From: Octopus sinensis
Taxonomy: Eukaryota
NCBI RefSeq assembly: GCF_006345805.1
Contig: NC_043012.1
Span: 38,378,001 to 38,442,000, forward strand
Length of the DNA: 64,000 nt
Direction of reading: 5' to 3'
Below are positions 25,516-37,993 of this stretch, one piece after another; position 1 is the stretch's first letter, and each line of letters begins with the position of its first letter. The notes under the pieces were generated by a model that saw only the letters and a program-made list of their open reading frames with translations, did no database searches and was not told where the DNA came from. The position numbers were made by a program, and so were the translations under genes.

Positions 25516-25832
25516 AATGTGACTTCATTGACCGAGGTTACCGTGGTCTTTTCCGTAGGCTTTTCTTTCCACGGGTAAACCTCACCTGTCCTCCCCTTTA
25601 CACTTCATATTGACATTTCTGTGATAACGATCCCTATTGATCAATTTTTTTTTTCCTCTCCCCCTTTTTTTTTTTTTTAACCCCCCTTTTTTTGTCCTCT
25701 TTTTCTCCTTTTACGATCCCTTTTGATCGAAACTCCCCTTCCTTTTTTTTTTTTATTTAAACCTTCAAAAGAAAAGCTCTACCTTGTAATTTGTTCTATC
25801 TGTGTGCAGCCCTCTGTGGCTAATAAAGAAAC
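25042..25832 (+). mobile_element. 5'-truncated Tx1/L1-clade LINE: ORF2 C-terminus (zf-RVT-like) plus 3' UTR, flanked by (TATC)n on both sides
   Basis: GQSDETVLHALVQCPTISDLWAYVEQLL (C..C..ET..H....C...W pattern), then after a frameshift AKECIWWTRLKG...FKKRWVNV, stop at 25446-25448; ends AATAAAGAAAC. Confidence 0.75.
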
Positions 25833-25833
25833 A

Positions 25834-25877
<44 letters not shown>

Positions 25878-25972
25878 ATGCATGTATGTATGTATGTATG
25901 TATGTATGTATGTATGTATATATATCTATGTATATATATATATACATACTATATACATATATATATATATAC

Positions 25973-26003
<31 letters not shown>

Positions 26004-26469
26004 ATATATATACATGTATGTATGTATGTATAATATATATATATATGTGTATGTGTTTGTGTGTGTGTGTATCCATGTGTGTATGTATTGATGTGTACTC
26101 CTTGAGGCAATGCACTTTACCAGAATATTTGAAAAGAGGCACAACAAATCATTTCACTAGTAGATGTGTGTTATATTAGCTGTGTATATTAATTTGAGGA
26201 CAGGGAACATTGTTATGGAAAAGAGTTATGCAATACGTAAAGTAAAAGTGCGTTTTTTAATGCACTTAATAAACATATTTCGAGAGGATATGTAAGAGAT
26301 TCGCTAAATAAAATGTTCCTCATCCAAAACACTTCTCATTATTTTCAAATGTTTTGACTGAATGGCCTATTTTGCGAAACTATTCGAAAGAAAATTATTA
26401 AATGAATTCAAAATATCAGCATTTGGATTTGTCTTTACTACACACACACAGACACACGTGCACGCTCGC

Positions 26470-26702
26470 TCGCTCACTCACTCACTGACTCACTGACTTA
26501 CTGACTCACTGACTCACTCACCCACTCATTCACCCACTCACTCACTCACCAACTCATTCACCCACTCACTCACTCACTCACTCACCCACTCATTCACCCA
26601 CTCACTCACTCACTCACTCACTCACTCACTCACTCACTCACTCACTCACTCACTCACTCACTCACTCACCCACTCACTCACTCACTCACCCACTCACTCA
26701 CA
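26470..26702. repeat. (ACTC)n tetranucleotide microsatellite
   Basis: Direct reading. Confidence 0.95.
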
Positions 26703-27484
26703 CTAGCAGAAGTTGATGAAGTACGATGGTCGCCCGAGACATCTTATAGAGTGACAGTTTCTTTCATAATATTTTCAGATGATAAACATGTCAGGTTTAT
26801 GTGTATATGCGTACGTGTGTTTGTGAATATATATCTATAGCCATCTATCATCCATTAATCTATATGAATATATATATAACAATATATATTCTCCGATTTG
26901 AAGTGACAATTTTTAAATACAAACAAATGACCGATAAATGATGAGCTTGCACTAGCCAGAATCAAACCCACGAATCAACTATTACACGGCTCCTTGCGCA
27001 TTCGACGGAGTCAAATGCTCTCCCAGAAATTTCAGCCAAATTTAATGATTACATACTTAAACTGTCTAATACTACATATAGTACTTGTAAACGAACAGAA
27101 TGGGTTTGTAAGCTACAGAAAGAAAGCTACTACAAAGACTCAGAGTTTAACAATAACTTATAACAATATATCATAATGGTATATATTTTCCGATTTGAAG
27201 CAACAAGGAGCCTTGTAAGCGTTGAATTGTGGGTTCGATTCTGGTTAGGGTTAGCTTATAATTTTCAGTCATTTGTATTTAAAAACTTACGCTTCAAATC
27301 AGAGAATATATATTACTATGATATGTTGCTACACAGTTATTATTTTACTATGAGTCTTCCATAATAGATTTCTCTCCGTAACTTACATAGCCTTTCTGGT
27401 TTTGTTTACAAATATTATATGTAGTGTATACGTGTGTGCGTGTGTAGTTATGTATGTCTATACACATATATATATATATTGGAT

Positions 27485-27585
27485 TTACAGAAAACAAAAA
27501 ACGAAGACAGGTGAGGGAACAACAAGCAGGTTTATTTGTTTAATGCTCGGGAAGAATGGAAAAATCTTTGACGTTTCGAGGCTAT
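27485..27585 (-). mobile_element. Penelope-type terminal relic, HHR 5' half lost
   Basis: Minus strand cctc-GAAA-CG-TC-AAAGA...TTCCCGAGCATT. Confidence 0.45.
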
Positions 27586-27649
27586 GGATGTATGTAAGTA
27601 TGTATGTGTGTGTGTGTATGTATGTATGTATGTATTTATGAATATATGC

Positions 27650-27910
27650 ATGATGAAAAGCAAAACCCGTCAAAGGGCGGAGGAACTCTTGAGAGTCAAC
27701 GGCCATCCAATAAATGTCTTAAAGCTGTATCATGCGCGGGGACATAGAAAAAATCGCACTGAATACCCGATCGCTCGGTTAAACCATTGGGAGTGAAGGA
27801 CTCCTAGCCTTTGTTAGGGCATCCTTCTAGGAGAAGGTAACTCAGGTAACTGGGATAACTCCGACATAAAACCTGCAGTTCAGTGGTTACCGATGATGTT
27901 GACTTGTTCT
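27650..27910 (+). mobile_element. RTE-clade 5' UTR-like fragment
   Basis: gggcatccttctaggagaaggtaactc resembles the conserved RTE 5' UTR motif ...tctaggagaaggaaaactc (recalled, not searched). Confidence 0.35.
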
Positions 27911-29429
27911 TCTTTTCGGATTATGGCTGTTGTTGCTTAGTGAGTGGGATTGACTCAGTGCACAGCCTTTCCTCACTTTAAAAAAAATCTTCTTGCACAG
28001 GCATTGCACGATAACAACATTGATTAAGCTTCGTGCAATGATGGCCATACTTGTTAACGAGGGGGCAGCCACCATATATATATATATGTTCTTAGTGTGT
28101 GTGCGTGTTTAGAATGTAGAATGTAGAATATAGATGTCATGTTTAAGACTGGTCGGAGTTATTAGGCACAGGTATCGTATCAAATCCAGGAGCAAATGCT
28201 ACGTGTCGTGACTGTGAGCTAGATTCACTCGTAAATTTGCTATAGAAAATTATTCTTTGGTTTTGTGCGAAGACTGCCATCAAAGAGAGAACATCTTTCC
28301 AATATTTATGGTAGCACTGAGAATATAGGCTTGCCGTAAATCACTTTCTTTAAATCGACTACTTAAACCTTTTAAGAGCGAACGCAAATCAAAATGAAAC
28401 TCATTAGTATAAACGGAACATTCATACATTAAAGATGTTTCGGGGCTGGAATTTAGGATTATAATATGTGGACAATGAAAATAGGAAAGATATCGAAATG
28501 TGACAAGTGACAGAGGAGAAAGGAGAAAAGCTGATAGATATAGCAGGCTATAAATACTTAGTTGTATATGAAAGCCGACATAACGTGAAAGCAACCGACA
28601 CCCGAGAATATTCGAGCAAAGAAATACATATATTTAACACCAATGCCTATTGCTAAGTAAACTGGTACACACAAGACTGTCGACATTAAACTAGGAATCT
28701 TTTCTCTGTGTCCTTCCCACACTCTTTCTTTCTTAAGTATATATTGGATGTATTCTAAAATGGTATGAGGAAGAATTGTTTGCTTCAGTCCTTGAGCCTT
28801 AGGTAATTTCTAACTAATTGCAAGAATATTGGTTTTAGAAATTGACTTCTTTCTTATAGAGAATAAATAAATAGTCAATTCCCTATGCAGCAGATAACAT
28901 TTAACACAGCGTAAATGCGCTAAAGTAGAACTGTTCTGTGAGATGTAATGGCCACAGAAAGACAATAGCGATCTGAATATAGTTGCAGCTGTTAACAAGT
29001 AATATTAGTTAATTATAACAAAAGCACACACATACTTGTACACACACACATGTGCGCACGTGTTATATCTTCGTAGAGTCACTTTGCCACTGAGAACACT
29101 TGTTATGGTCCTATTGCAGTTCTTTTAATTCGTATTAACTAACTACTTGAAAAATAAACGTAATAAATAAACAAATTGTTTTTGATTAATTGTTTAATGA
29201 ATCGATCAGTGACTTGTTAGTGTCCTCTCGTTGCCATTCGCGACCTCATCAATAACACACCTCTTTGTCTTTTTAATTGGCGAAATAACTCATTCGACTT
29301 TTAAGATTTTATTTAAACACATATTTTCATATCGTAACCGGCTGCCATACACATTCGCTCCACAACTCTACAACGGCAATAAAAACAAAAAGAAATCAAT
29401 AAAGCAAAATTAAAACACATGAATGTAGA

Positions 29430-29488
29430 AGTAGTAGTAGTGGTAGTAGTGGTAGTTGTGGTATTATTATTATTATTATTATTATTAT

Positions 29489-29558
<70 letters not shown>

Positions 29559-30776
29559 CGTAGTGGTCGCAGTGACAATAATATTAGTTACATGTAAAAA
29601 TAGGGCTGATAATATTTGTATGACGAAGAAATATGAAAACTATTTCTAAAAATAATAAAACGAGGCTGGAGTTTATGATAATGATGATGAGGATGATGAG
29701 GAGGAAGATGATGAAGGGGAAGATTATGTTGATGATGATGCTGTTGCTGTTACTGATGATGATGATGAATAGGAGGATGACGATGATGATAATAATGATA
29801 AATAGGATGATGATAAGGAGGAGGAGGAGGAGGAAGTGGCGGAGGATAAGGATGACGGTGAGGTTGATGATGTGGATGATAACAATGATGATGATGAGGA
29901 GGATGTTGTTGGTGATGATGATGGTGATGGTGATGGTAAGGATTATGATGATGTTGATTGTGATGAAGATGATGATGATGAGAAGGAGGAGGAGAGGGGT
30001 CATGATGACGGTGATGATGAAGACGATGATGAGAGAGGAGGATTATGATGATGATGATAATGATGATGAAGATGATGATGATGAGGAGAAGGAGGCGGTG
30101 GAGGCAGAGGAAGCTGGAAGAGCAGGAAGAAGAATATGATTATGATACTGATGATGAGGAGAAGGAGGGATGTTAATGATGATGATAATTATGATGATGA
30201 TCGTGATGAAGGTTGTGGGGAAAATGATAGTAATGGTGGTGATTATGGTGATTGTAATGATGATGATGGTAATGGAGGTGATGGTGTTGCTGATGGTATT
30301 GATGACGGTAAAGCCAGTGAAGTTGTTGAAGATGATAATGTTGATGATGAAGATGATGATGATGATGATTATGATGGTAGTGGTGGTGGTGGTGTTGAAG
30401 ATGCGGAGGAGGAGGCGGAAGAGATAAATGATGACATTAATATCATTAAAATCACTAGGAGAGAGGCAGAGAGCAATGATAATAATATTAACATTATCAA
30501 AACCGGGCACAACAATATTAATAACTTCTTAATTAAATTAACATCAACAACAACAACAATAGCAACAACAACATCAACAACCGCAACAACGTCGACAACG
30601 ATAATGATACCGACAACAACAACAACATCAACAACAGTGGCAACAGAAGGCGGCAATAAAGAAAATATCACTTTCTTCATTTATTATATAATAATTAGTA
30701 TTTATTGCTAATTTTCTTAATTGTAATAGTAATATCACAAAGAACAACAATTATTATCGCACTTAATATATTGGAG

Positions 30777-30809
<33 letters not shown>

Positions 30810-30846
30810 TAATAATAATAATAATAATAATATAATAATAATAATA

Positions 30847-30895
<49 letters not shown>

Positions 30896-30905
30896 CGACG
30901 ACGAT
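29430..30905. repeat. Compound trinucleotide block (GTA/TTA/GAT/GAG/CAA/TAA)
   Basis: Direct reading; produces homopolymeric pseudo-ORFs. Confidence 0.9.
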
Positions 30906-31230
30906 GCTGATATTAGCCCCCTTGAGCCTCAAATAGTCAAGAAGGAAAGCAAAGAAGTAGATAAATACAACCCTCTTAAGTACGAAAGAGCCTAGCTGTG
31001 GAAAATGAAGAACGTGAAGATGGTGTCAGTTATTGCTGTGTCCTTGGGAACAATGTGAGAAGGCATCAAGAGGAATCGCAAGGAAATTAGAATAGAGTTC
31101 CCAGTAGAACTGTTACAGTATATTCAGAGAAGTATTAGAGAGCTGAAAAGAACGATACCGTAGGTTGCAGGTAGCAAGCCTGATACGCATGCAAGAGTCC
31201 ACGAGTTCTAACAAAACCTATGATAAAAAG
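30905..31230 (+). mobile_element. R4/Dong-like REL C-terminal fragment followed by (TAA)n
   Basis: DISPLEPQIVKKESKEVDKYNPLKYERA*LWKMKNVKMVSVIAVSLGT matches the D+A+P...KE.EK..KY..L..E...W....V.PV++G+LG pattern. Confidence 0.7.
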
Positions 31231-31332
31231 AAAGGTTAATAATAATGATAATAATAATAATATTAATAATAATAATAATAATAATAATATAATAATAATA
31301 ATAATAATAATATAATAATATAATAATAATAA

Positions 31333-31545
31333 TAATAAATGTAACAAGAGCCCTCAGAGAGCGCAAACCTCCGGCAGTGCAACACCAATGTCCTCTCAAC
31401 GATTAGCAAGAGATCCCAAAATTTAAACAGTTGGTGCCAGTCATTAGACCAAACGTCCCTGAAAGTTTCATCCGAATCCATCTAGGGGTTCTTGAGATAT
31501 CTTGTACAAGGATAAACAAACATACAAACATGACTGAAAACACTA
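31333..31545. mobile_element. Short non-autonomous element resembling Helitron/Helentron-associated repeats
   Basis: aacaagagc...gcgcaaacctcc start and gaaagtttcatccgaatccatc...gttcttgagatatc...acaaacatacaaac block typical of invertebrate rolling-circle non-autonomous repeats (recalled). Confidence 0.4.
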
Positions 31546-31871
31546 CCCCTCAAAACTCTTATTTCAATCGCCAAAATACACTGAAAAAAACCACAGAAAT
31601 CAACCGTTTTGACTGCTATTTCCAGCAGGTGGACATACTTAGTATGTCCTTTGATTAGTTTTAATCTTTCAGCTTTTTAATGCTTGTTGGGGGTGGGGGG
31701 GCTGCAATCGCCTATATTATCGATTCTCTTATTATCATTTTAAAATTGTTACATAAGATAATAACAGATTCAATGATATCTTGGCAAATCACTTTCTTCG
31801 TTAATTATGTTTCTCGTGAATAATAATAATGAAAATGATAATAAAAATAATAATAATAATAATAATAATAA

Positions 31872-32093
31872 CCTTGGGATTACATAGAGAGTATTTTGCG
31901 TAGGATATGATTAGTTCCATGAGCACTATCTTTTGAATTTCTGCCACTTTGGGGTTTCCTGGTATCTGAGTTAGGTAGCAATCAGTCCCTTTCGCTATCA
32001 TTCCCAGGGCACCTATGACAACAGGTATTGTTTTAGTCTTCAGCTTCCACATTTTGCTGATTTCTATTTCAAGATCTTTATATTTGCTCAGTG
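31872..32093 (-). mobile_element. 5'-truncated R4/Dong-like 3' end inserted in (TAA)n
   Basis: YKDLEIEISKMWKLKTKTIPVVIGALGMIAKG...IPGNPKVAEIQKIVLM; (TAA)n on both flanks. Confidence 0.85.
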
Positions 32094-32135
32094 AATAATA
32101 ATAATAATAATAATAATAATTATAATAATATAATA

Positions 32136-32335
32136 ATTCTTTCTAAGTTTTGGCAAAGGACTGGTTACTTTGAGAGGATGAGGAAGTGACATCGGTTATG
32201 CAAGCCGACCAGGGCTTAGCTGGTAATTTTTTAATGGCCCCGAATGGACGAAAAGCAAAGTCAACCTTGGCAGAATTTGAACTCAGAACATGAAATGCGG
32301 ACGAAATACGGTTAAACATTTGTTCGGCGTGCAAC
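32136..32335 (-). mobile_element. SINE family A (A2-type tail), diverged
   Basis: gcaaagtcaaccttggcagaatttgaactcagaac...gacgaaatac. Confidence 0.7.
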
Positions 32336-33080
32336 ACCACCACCGCCGCCGCCGCCGCCGCCGCAGCCACCACCACCACCACGAACAACAACAACAACGA
32401 CGACAATAAAAAACTAAATTTGTGAGCATCGCAAAGCAGGATTTAAGAAATCGCAAAAAATATCGAAGAAAACTAATTTCTTTCATGTCAGTCATCCCAG
32501 GAAACCGAACGATTTTCTCTCAGAATTGTAAACAGCAGATGGAGCTGCGATATGAAAACCATGCGTTTTCGAAGTGAAAACTATTTGAGAAAGCGTAAAC
32601 AACGCTAGGCGCTGCGAGATGCATTGTAAACGGAACTGTGAACGGATGTGTGAGAACTAGAAATATTCACATATGCATTCCCATTACTACACATATGCAC
32701 ATTGCTGTTTCTCGCCGACACTTCATCAAATAGAACTCACGCGAGAATAGAACTCACGCGAGAATACGTGAACAAAACACGGGAATTAAATGGTTTCAAC
32801 AAAAATGCAACAAGTTTCTTTTTCAACAGTGGCAAGGTTCAGTTGTGCACGCTGATAAAGCAATCAAGAAGAGAGATATAGCGGCGAGTTCCTTCCTTCG
32901 AGCCACGGGCAATCGCGATACGAAAGAAGCCACAGCACACATCATTATTATTATCGTCACCACCAGAGGCTATTTTTTTCCAGACGGACTCATCATTTAA
33001 TGTCACTGACCAAACGAAAAACAAAGCCAAGAGAGAACGATGGGCAGATGGCGACTAAGTTGATGTGTTATATGGATTCT

Positions 33081-33311
33081 TATTTCTGTATTGCCCACAA
33101 GCGGCTAAACATAGAGGGGACAAACAAGGACAGACAAAGGGATTAAGTCGATTATATTGACCCCAGTGCGTAACTGGTACTGAATTTATCGATCCCGAAA
33201 GGATGAAAGGCAAAGTCGACCTCGGCGCAATTTAAACTCAGAAGGTAACGGCAGACGAAATACCGCTAAGCGTTTCGCCCGGCGCACTAACGTTTCTGCC
33301 AGCTCGCCGCC
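33081..33311 (-). mobile_element. SINE family A, tail A1, full length
   Basis: Reverse complement of 19093-19320. Confidence 0.9.
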
Positions 33312-33326
33312 TTACCAGCCCTACCG

Positions 33327-33542
33327 TATTCGTTTCTACTCTGGGCACAAAGCCCGAAATTTTTCGGAAGACGACCAGTCAATTAGATCGACCCCAGTAC
33401 GCAACTGGTACTTAATTTATCAACTCCGGAAGAATGAAAGGCAAAGTCGACCTCGGCGGAATTTGAACACAGAACGTAAGTACAGACGAAATACAGCTAA
33501 GCATTTCGCCCAGCGTGCTAACGTTTCTGCCAGGTCGCTGCC
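33327..33542 (-). mobile_element. SINE family A, tail A2, full length
   Basis: Same head and body as A1, tail gggctttgtgcccagagtagaaac. Confidence 0.85.
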
Positions 33543-34183
33543 TTGTGATAAAGATATAACGAAAAACAAAATCGCAAACGTCCCACGATATATCTTACGA
33601 GAATGGAATGTTCCCCAAACCGAAAAAGTGAAACTCATTCAGTAAATATCCAGTGAAATAAACGACCACCACAACATGAAGGTCGACTGGCCAAGAGAAC
33701 ACAACTCGCATTCCACGCACAACACAATACGAACACTAATACAGCAAAAGACTCAAGCGACCGCCACAGCGAAACATACAAACGCAATAGTTTGGAAGAA
33801 CTGGTCCTCTGCCCCTCCCCAGCCACAATAACAAGAACACACAATGCCGTTCACACCTGAAGAACACGCAGGTGTAGTAAGTGAAGCAGTAGACATCTGA
33901 AACCATCACATGTCGATTAATAATGATAGTTATGATGATGATCATGATACTGCTACCACTACAACTACAAGAGCTGCTGCAACTACCAATACTACTACTA
34001 CTACTACTATTACCACTACCATCACTGCCGCTGTTACGGCTACTACTACTACTACTACTACCGCTGCTGCTGCGACTACTACTACTACTACTACTACCAC
34101 TGCTGCTGCTACTATTACTACTACTACAACAACTGATGCTGCTGCAACTACTACTACGACTACTATTACTACTACCACTGCTG

Positions 34184-34216
<33 letters not shown>

Positions 34217-34279
34217 GTAGTAGTAGTAGTGGTGGTGGTGGTGGTGGTGATAATATTAATGATAAACGTATTAATAATG

Positions 34280-35570
34280 ATACGAAAGGAAACATCATCA
34301 GGTTCATGGTGAAGCTGTCAAGGTAAAACCCGTTTCTGAGAGACATGAATTGACAGAGAAACTCTTGTGATAACAGAGTAAACGAGGCTGAACCTTTAAG
34401 AGAAGGCCTCTTGCTCGGCAGTGGTTCGTGGAGGAAATGGACAAGCAAAGAGAACAGGTTAGTGATGCAGTGCTACTTGGAAAGGGTACCTCAAGTAAGT
34501 GGTTACAGAAAATGTGTGTTAGCGCTTTGGGTTAAAATGTGATGTTTGAAGTAAGAGAGCAGAAATTGGTGGTCGAGGCTAATGATAATAGGAGGAAAAG
34601 AGGAGGATGACAGAAAATAGGTGACACTAACTTTCTGATTTATGCGGGAAAGTAGTAGTGACTAAAAGAATAGATATTCCTCAAAACAAAAAGAGAAAGA
34701 AACAGAGAAAAAGAATATGACGGAACAGATGTGTAAATAGAGATTAGAAAATGAAGTGGAGATTTTAAGACGAAATTTGAGTCGAATAGAAACCTGGAAA
34801 CAGGATAAGTTATGAAACGCAAGATTTAAATCTTCTGCGAAAAAATACTTAGTCAAAGAGAAATAATTTGGGATAGTCATGGAAGAGATGAAACATCGTA
34901 TGGTAGCAATAACAGTTAAACTTTGCAGATATCAGAGAATCGATCAGTATTAACAGCACAGATTGTTGCAAACAGACCAGGGGAGATTTTATCGCCAATG
35001 GTGTAGAAGAAACTACAGAAGATGAGAGGCCTGATGTAGAAGACGCTAGAAAGTTCTGTAGTGATATTTGGGATAAGCCAGTTAATCCTACTAGGGGTGC
35101 AGCTTGGGTAAAGGAAGTGAAGGAAGAAGTAATTAGTTAGAAGCAGCCAGACTGACAACCACTAAGTGTATTATTGAGTAAAGTGCTAGGAAGAATGGCG
35201 AGTCGGAAGGGCCCAGGACCAGATTTATTTCTAGGGTATTGGTTAAAGAAATTTTCTAGCTTACATGGGAGACTGAAGCAACAGTCATAAACACATGAAT
35301 GTTTGGGAATATTCAGTATTGCAGGCAACATAAGAGAATTAATTATAACAAGAAGAAATGGGAAACAAACCTCGACTCAGATGATTCAGCCTCAGCAAAA
35401 GTTAATATCAAGAAGGGAATTTTCAGGCAGACTCATTATCCCCATTTATATTTGTGTTATGTTTAATCCCCATCAGTTTAGTATTAAGAAATGGGAAAGG
35501 AGGTTCTCGGTTTAGAGACTGGAAAGGAACAAGTATCCATTTGCTGTGCATGAACGACCTAAAGCAGCTT
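34280..35570 (+). mobile_element. Decayed, internally deleted R4/Dong-like element (N-terminal domain to RT motif 5)
   Basis: W....NRLVMQCY...GYRK..., RPDVEDARKF.SDIWDKP, RKGPGPD...GYWLKKF..LH, GIF(Q)ADSLSP-like, IHLLCMNDLK (HLLFMDDLK). Confidence 0.75.
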
Positions 35571-35830
35571 CTTGGGTCTCCTCTTCTTTCAGGTCAATCC
35601 CGATTACACTCACATATTTCTCGAACTTAGTTAAAGTGCTCCGAGCGCCCCTACAACTACGGGGATGACAGACGCATTCCTTATAATCTACATTCTTGCA
35701 ATTTCCTCTTTAGTAGTCTGTACGTTTCCATATTTTCTAGTACTTTGTCACTTATGCACGCATCCCCAGGTATTGCAACATCTATAATCTTGGTTTCCTT
35801 TCTTTCCTTTGGCACCACGGATGTTGCCAA
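35571..35830 (-). mobile_element. R4/Dong-like REL fragment in opposite orientation
   Basis: KERKETKIIDVAIPGD...VIPVVVGALG...KYV..IGID...TQ. Confidence 0.75.
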
Positions 35831-37539
35831 CACTCACTTAATGGGAAATGTGTTGTGTGCAAAACAATACTTACACTCTACAGAGGTTGTATTGCGAGAG
35901 TACAACCGATCGTTTTATAGTGCTAATGAGGGTATGGCATATCGTATTCTTTCAACGAGGACAATCTCAGTACTTTCCGGCGTGGACTCTGATTTCGAAG
36001 ATGGAGAACAATCCAAAGGTCCGGTTGGTACTGTGCACTCGAGCTTATCCCGCCAATATACCCGTGATGAAATCGTTAGCAAGAGGATCAAGTGTGAGAT
36101 TTGCGAAGCGTGACGAGACAATCCTTTATCCACTCAATACTGATTTGAGAAGTAAGTCGGTCAGTAGCGAAAGGTGGAGTTGCTCTAGCTAGCGTCTTTA
36201 AGATGTAAGTCGAACAACAGTTATGTGTCGACTTGTTTAAGCCATTGTCTTTAAGAGGTAAGCTGGAGAATAATTATACGTGGGTTGTCTCAGCTACTGC
36301 CTTTCTCAGTGGTGATCATCAATTTAAATGAAAGGTTTCACTTCCTTCAACAAGGAGCAGGTATGATGCATGTAGTGGTCAATCTTTCAACTCTTTGTTC
36401 AAAAAGGTTACTCTAGAGGAGAAAGTGATGCCCTTCAGTGGATTTCAATGGGTGGGAATGTTCAAATTGTTTTTAACTAGGACTTTTCCTACTTTTAACT
36501 CGTTAATTTTCTTTCTAATTTCCAAGAAATTCTCTCAGGAATTCCTCTTATCTCCGTCGACACAGGACGATGTATTAGAGAGGTTACCTGGTGTCTCAGT
36601 CTGGATTCCTGCCGACGAGGTTCAATGCACTCCCATTTTACGGTTTTTTCACCTAACAGATTCAATGATATCTTGGCAAATCACTTTCTTCGTTAATTAT
36701 GTTTCTCGTGAATAATAATAATGAAAATGATAATAAAAATAATAATAATAATAATAATAACCTTGGGATAATCTTGCTCAGTTTTGCATGACATTTTTGT
36801 TCTTTCTGTTTTAGCATTTGCTCATATTCGGAGAGGTGACTGGTGCTTTATTTTTGCGACATGAGTAAGCGCGAATTCAACAGCAATCAGCGCTGGATTA
36901 ACTGATAAGCAAAGTAAGCTTGTGCTTAGAACATCAAGGAAAGGGACACCATAGAAATAGTACATCGTATACGGCACACACACACAAAAAGTCACTTTAA
37001 ACTTGTTAAATAATACTCGAAGGAGTTCATACGACCGGAAATTTAATTTCAAAGTGTCCATATTGTCACAGTGAGGAGCTGATCTAAGACTTTACAACGT
37101 AAAACTGTAGGAGGAAACTTTTAAAATATAAATAAAGGAACGTGTACAAAAATAGACAGTATTGTTCATCCTACTGTAACATTTTATGCTTCAATATTGT
37201 TTGTATTTTGAGTTACATATTTGCGGGGCCCGAAAATCTTTTAAGAGGCTTAGGGCCTCTATGGGTCTTACGCCGGCCCTGGCGGTAATCATTGTCTTCC
37301 TGCTTCCTGTTTGCCTCTCGTATGTTTGCAGTTGTTACTGCCTCGGATGTTATGTCCATATAGCAAAATATAACCCTTATCGGTCAAATGGATGGATTTC
37401 AATCAAACAGTTGTTGATGGCCAGAACAAGGATGAGGTAACTTAATTTAGACATGTCACGGTAATCTTTAATAGTGTGTGACATGCCAAACATACCCACA
37501 ACGGGGATTTTCCTCCATATTGAGGGAATCGCCTCTTAT

Positions 37540-37784
37540 GTTGTTGTTGTTGTTGTTGTTCGTATTTATTAATGTCTCTTTATAGTTGTTTCTTCTTCTT
37601 CTTCTTCTTCTTCTTCTTCTTCTTCTTCTTCTTCTTCTTCTTCTTCTTCTTCTTCTGCTGTTGTTGTTACTGCTGTCATCCTTTTAATCCATCTAAGTCT
37701 CTCTTCCATTCATTGTTACCGTCTTTTGTATTTCGCCTTTGTACTGTCACTAACTTGAGCCAATAAAAGAAATAATTAATGTGT

Positions 37785-37846
<62 letters not shown>

Positions 37847-37892
37847 CATTATTATTATTATTATTATCATTATCATCATCATCACCACCAGC

Positions 37893-37940
<48 letters not shown>

Positions 37941-37961
37941 GTAATCATTATTATCAACATC

Positions 37962-37993
<32 letters not shown>

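Noticed and set aside
25640-25760. Alternating poly-T/poly-C runs and poly-A (25483-25510) inside the LINE 3' UTR
   Set aside because: Homopolymer lengths are unreliable; treated as UTR low complexity and not as a separate retrocopy tail
29584-30711. Long D/E-rich or M/I-rich ORFs that resemble acidic biomineralisation proteins
   Set aside because: Pure compound trinucleotide repeats open in several frames on both strands, with no unique coding context
35880-36650. ORF ending KCEICEA and adjacent unique-looking sequence
   Set aside because: Probably more decayed retroelement sequence, but no motif could be assigned
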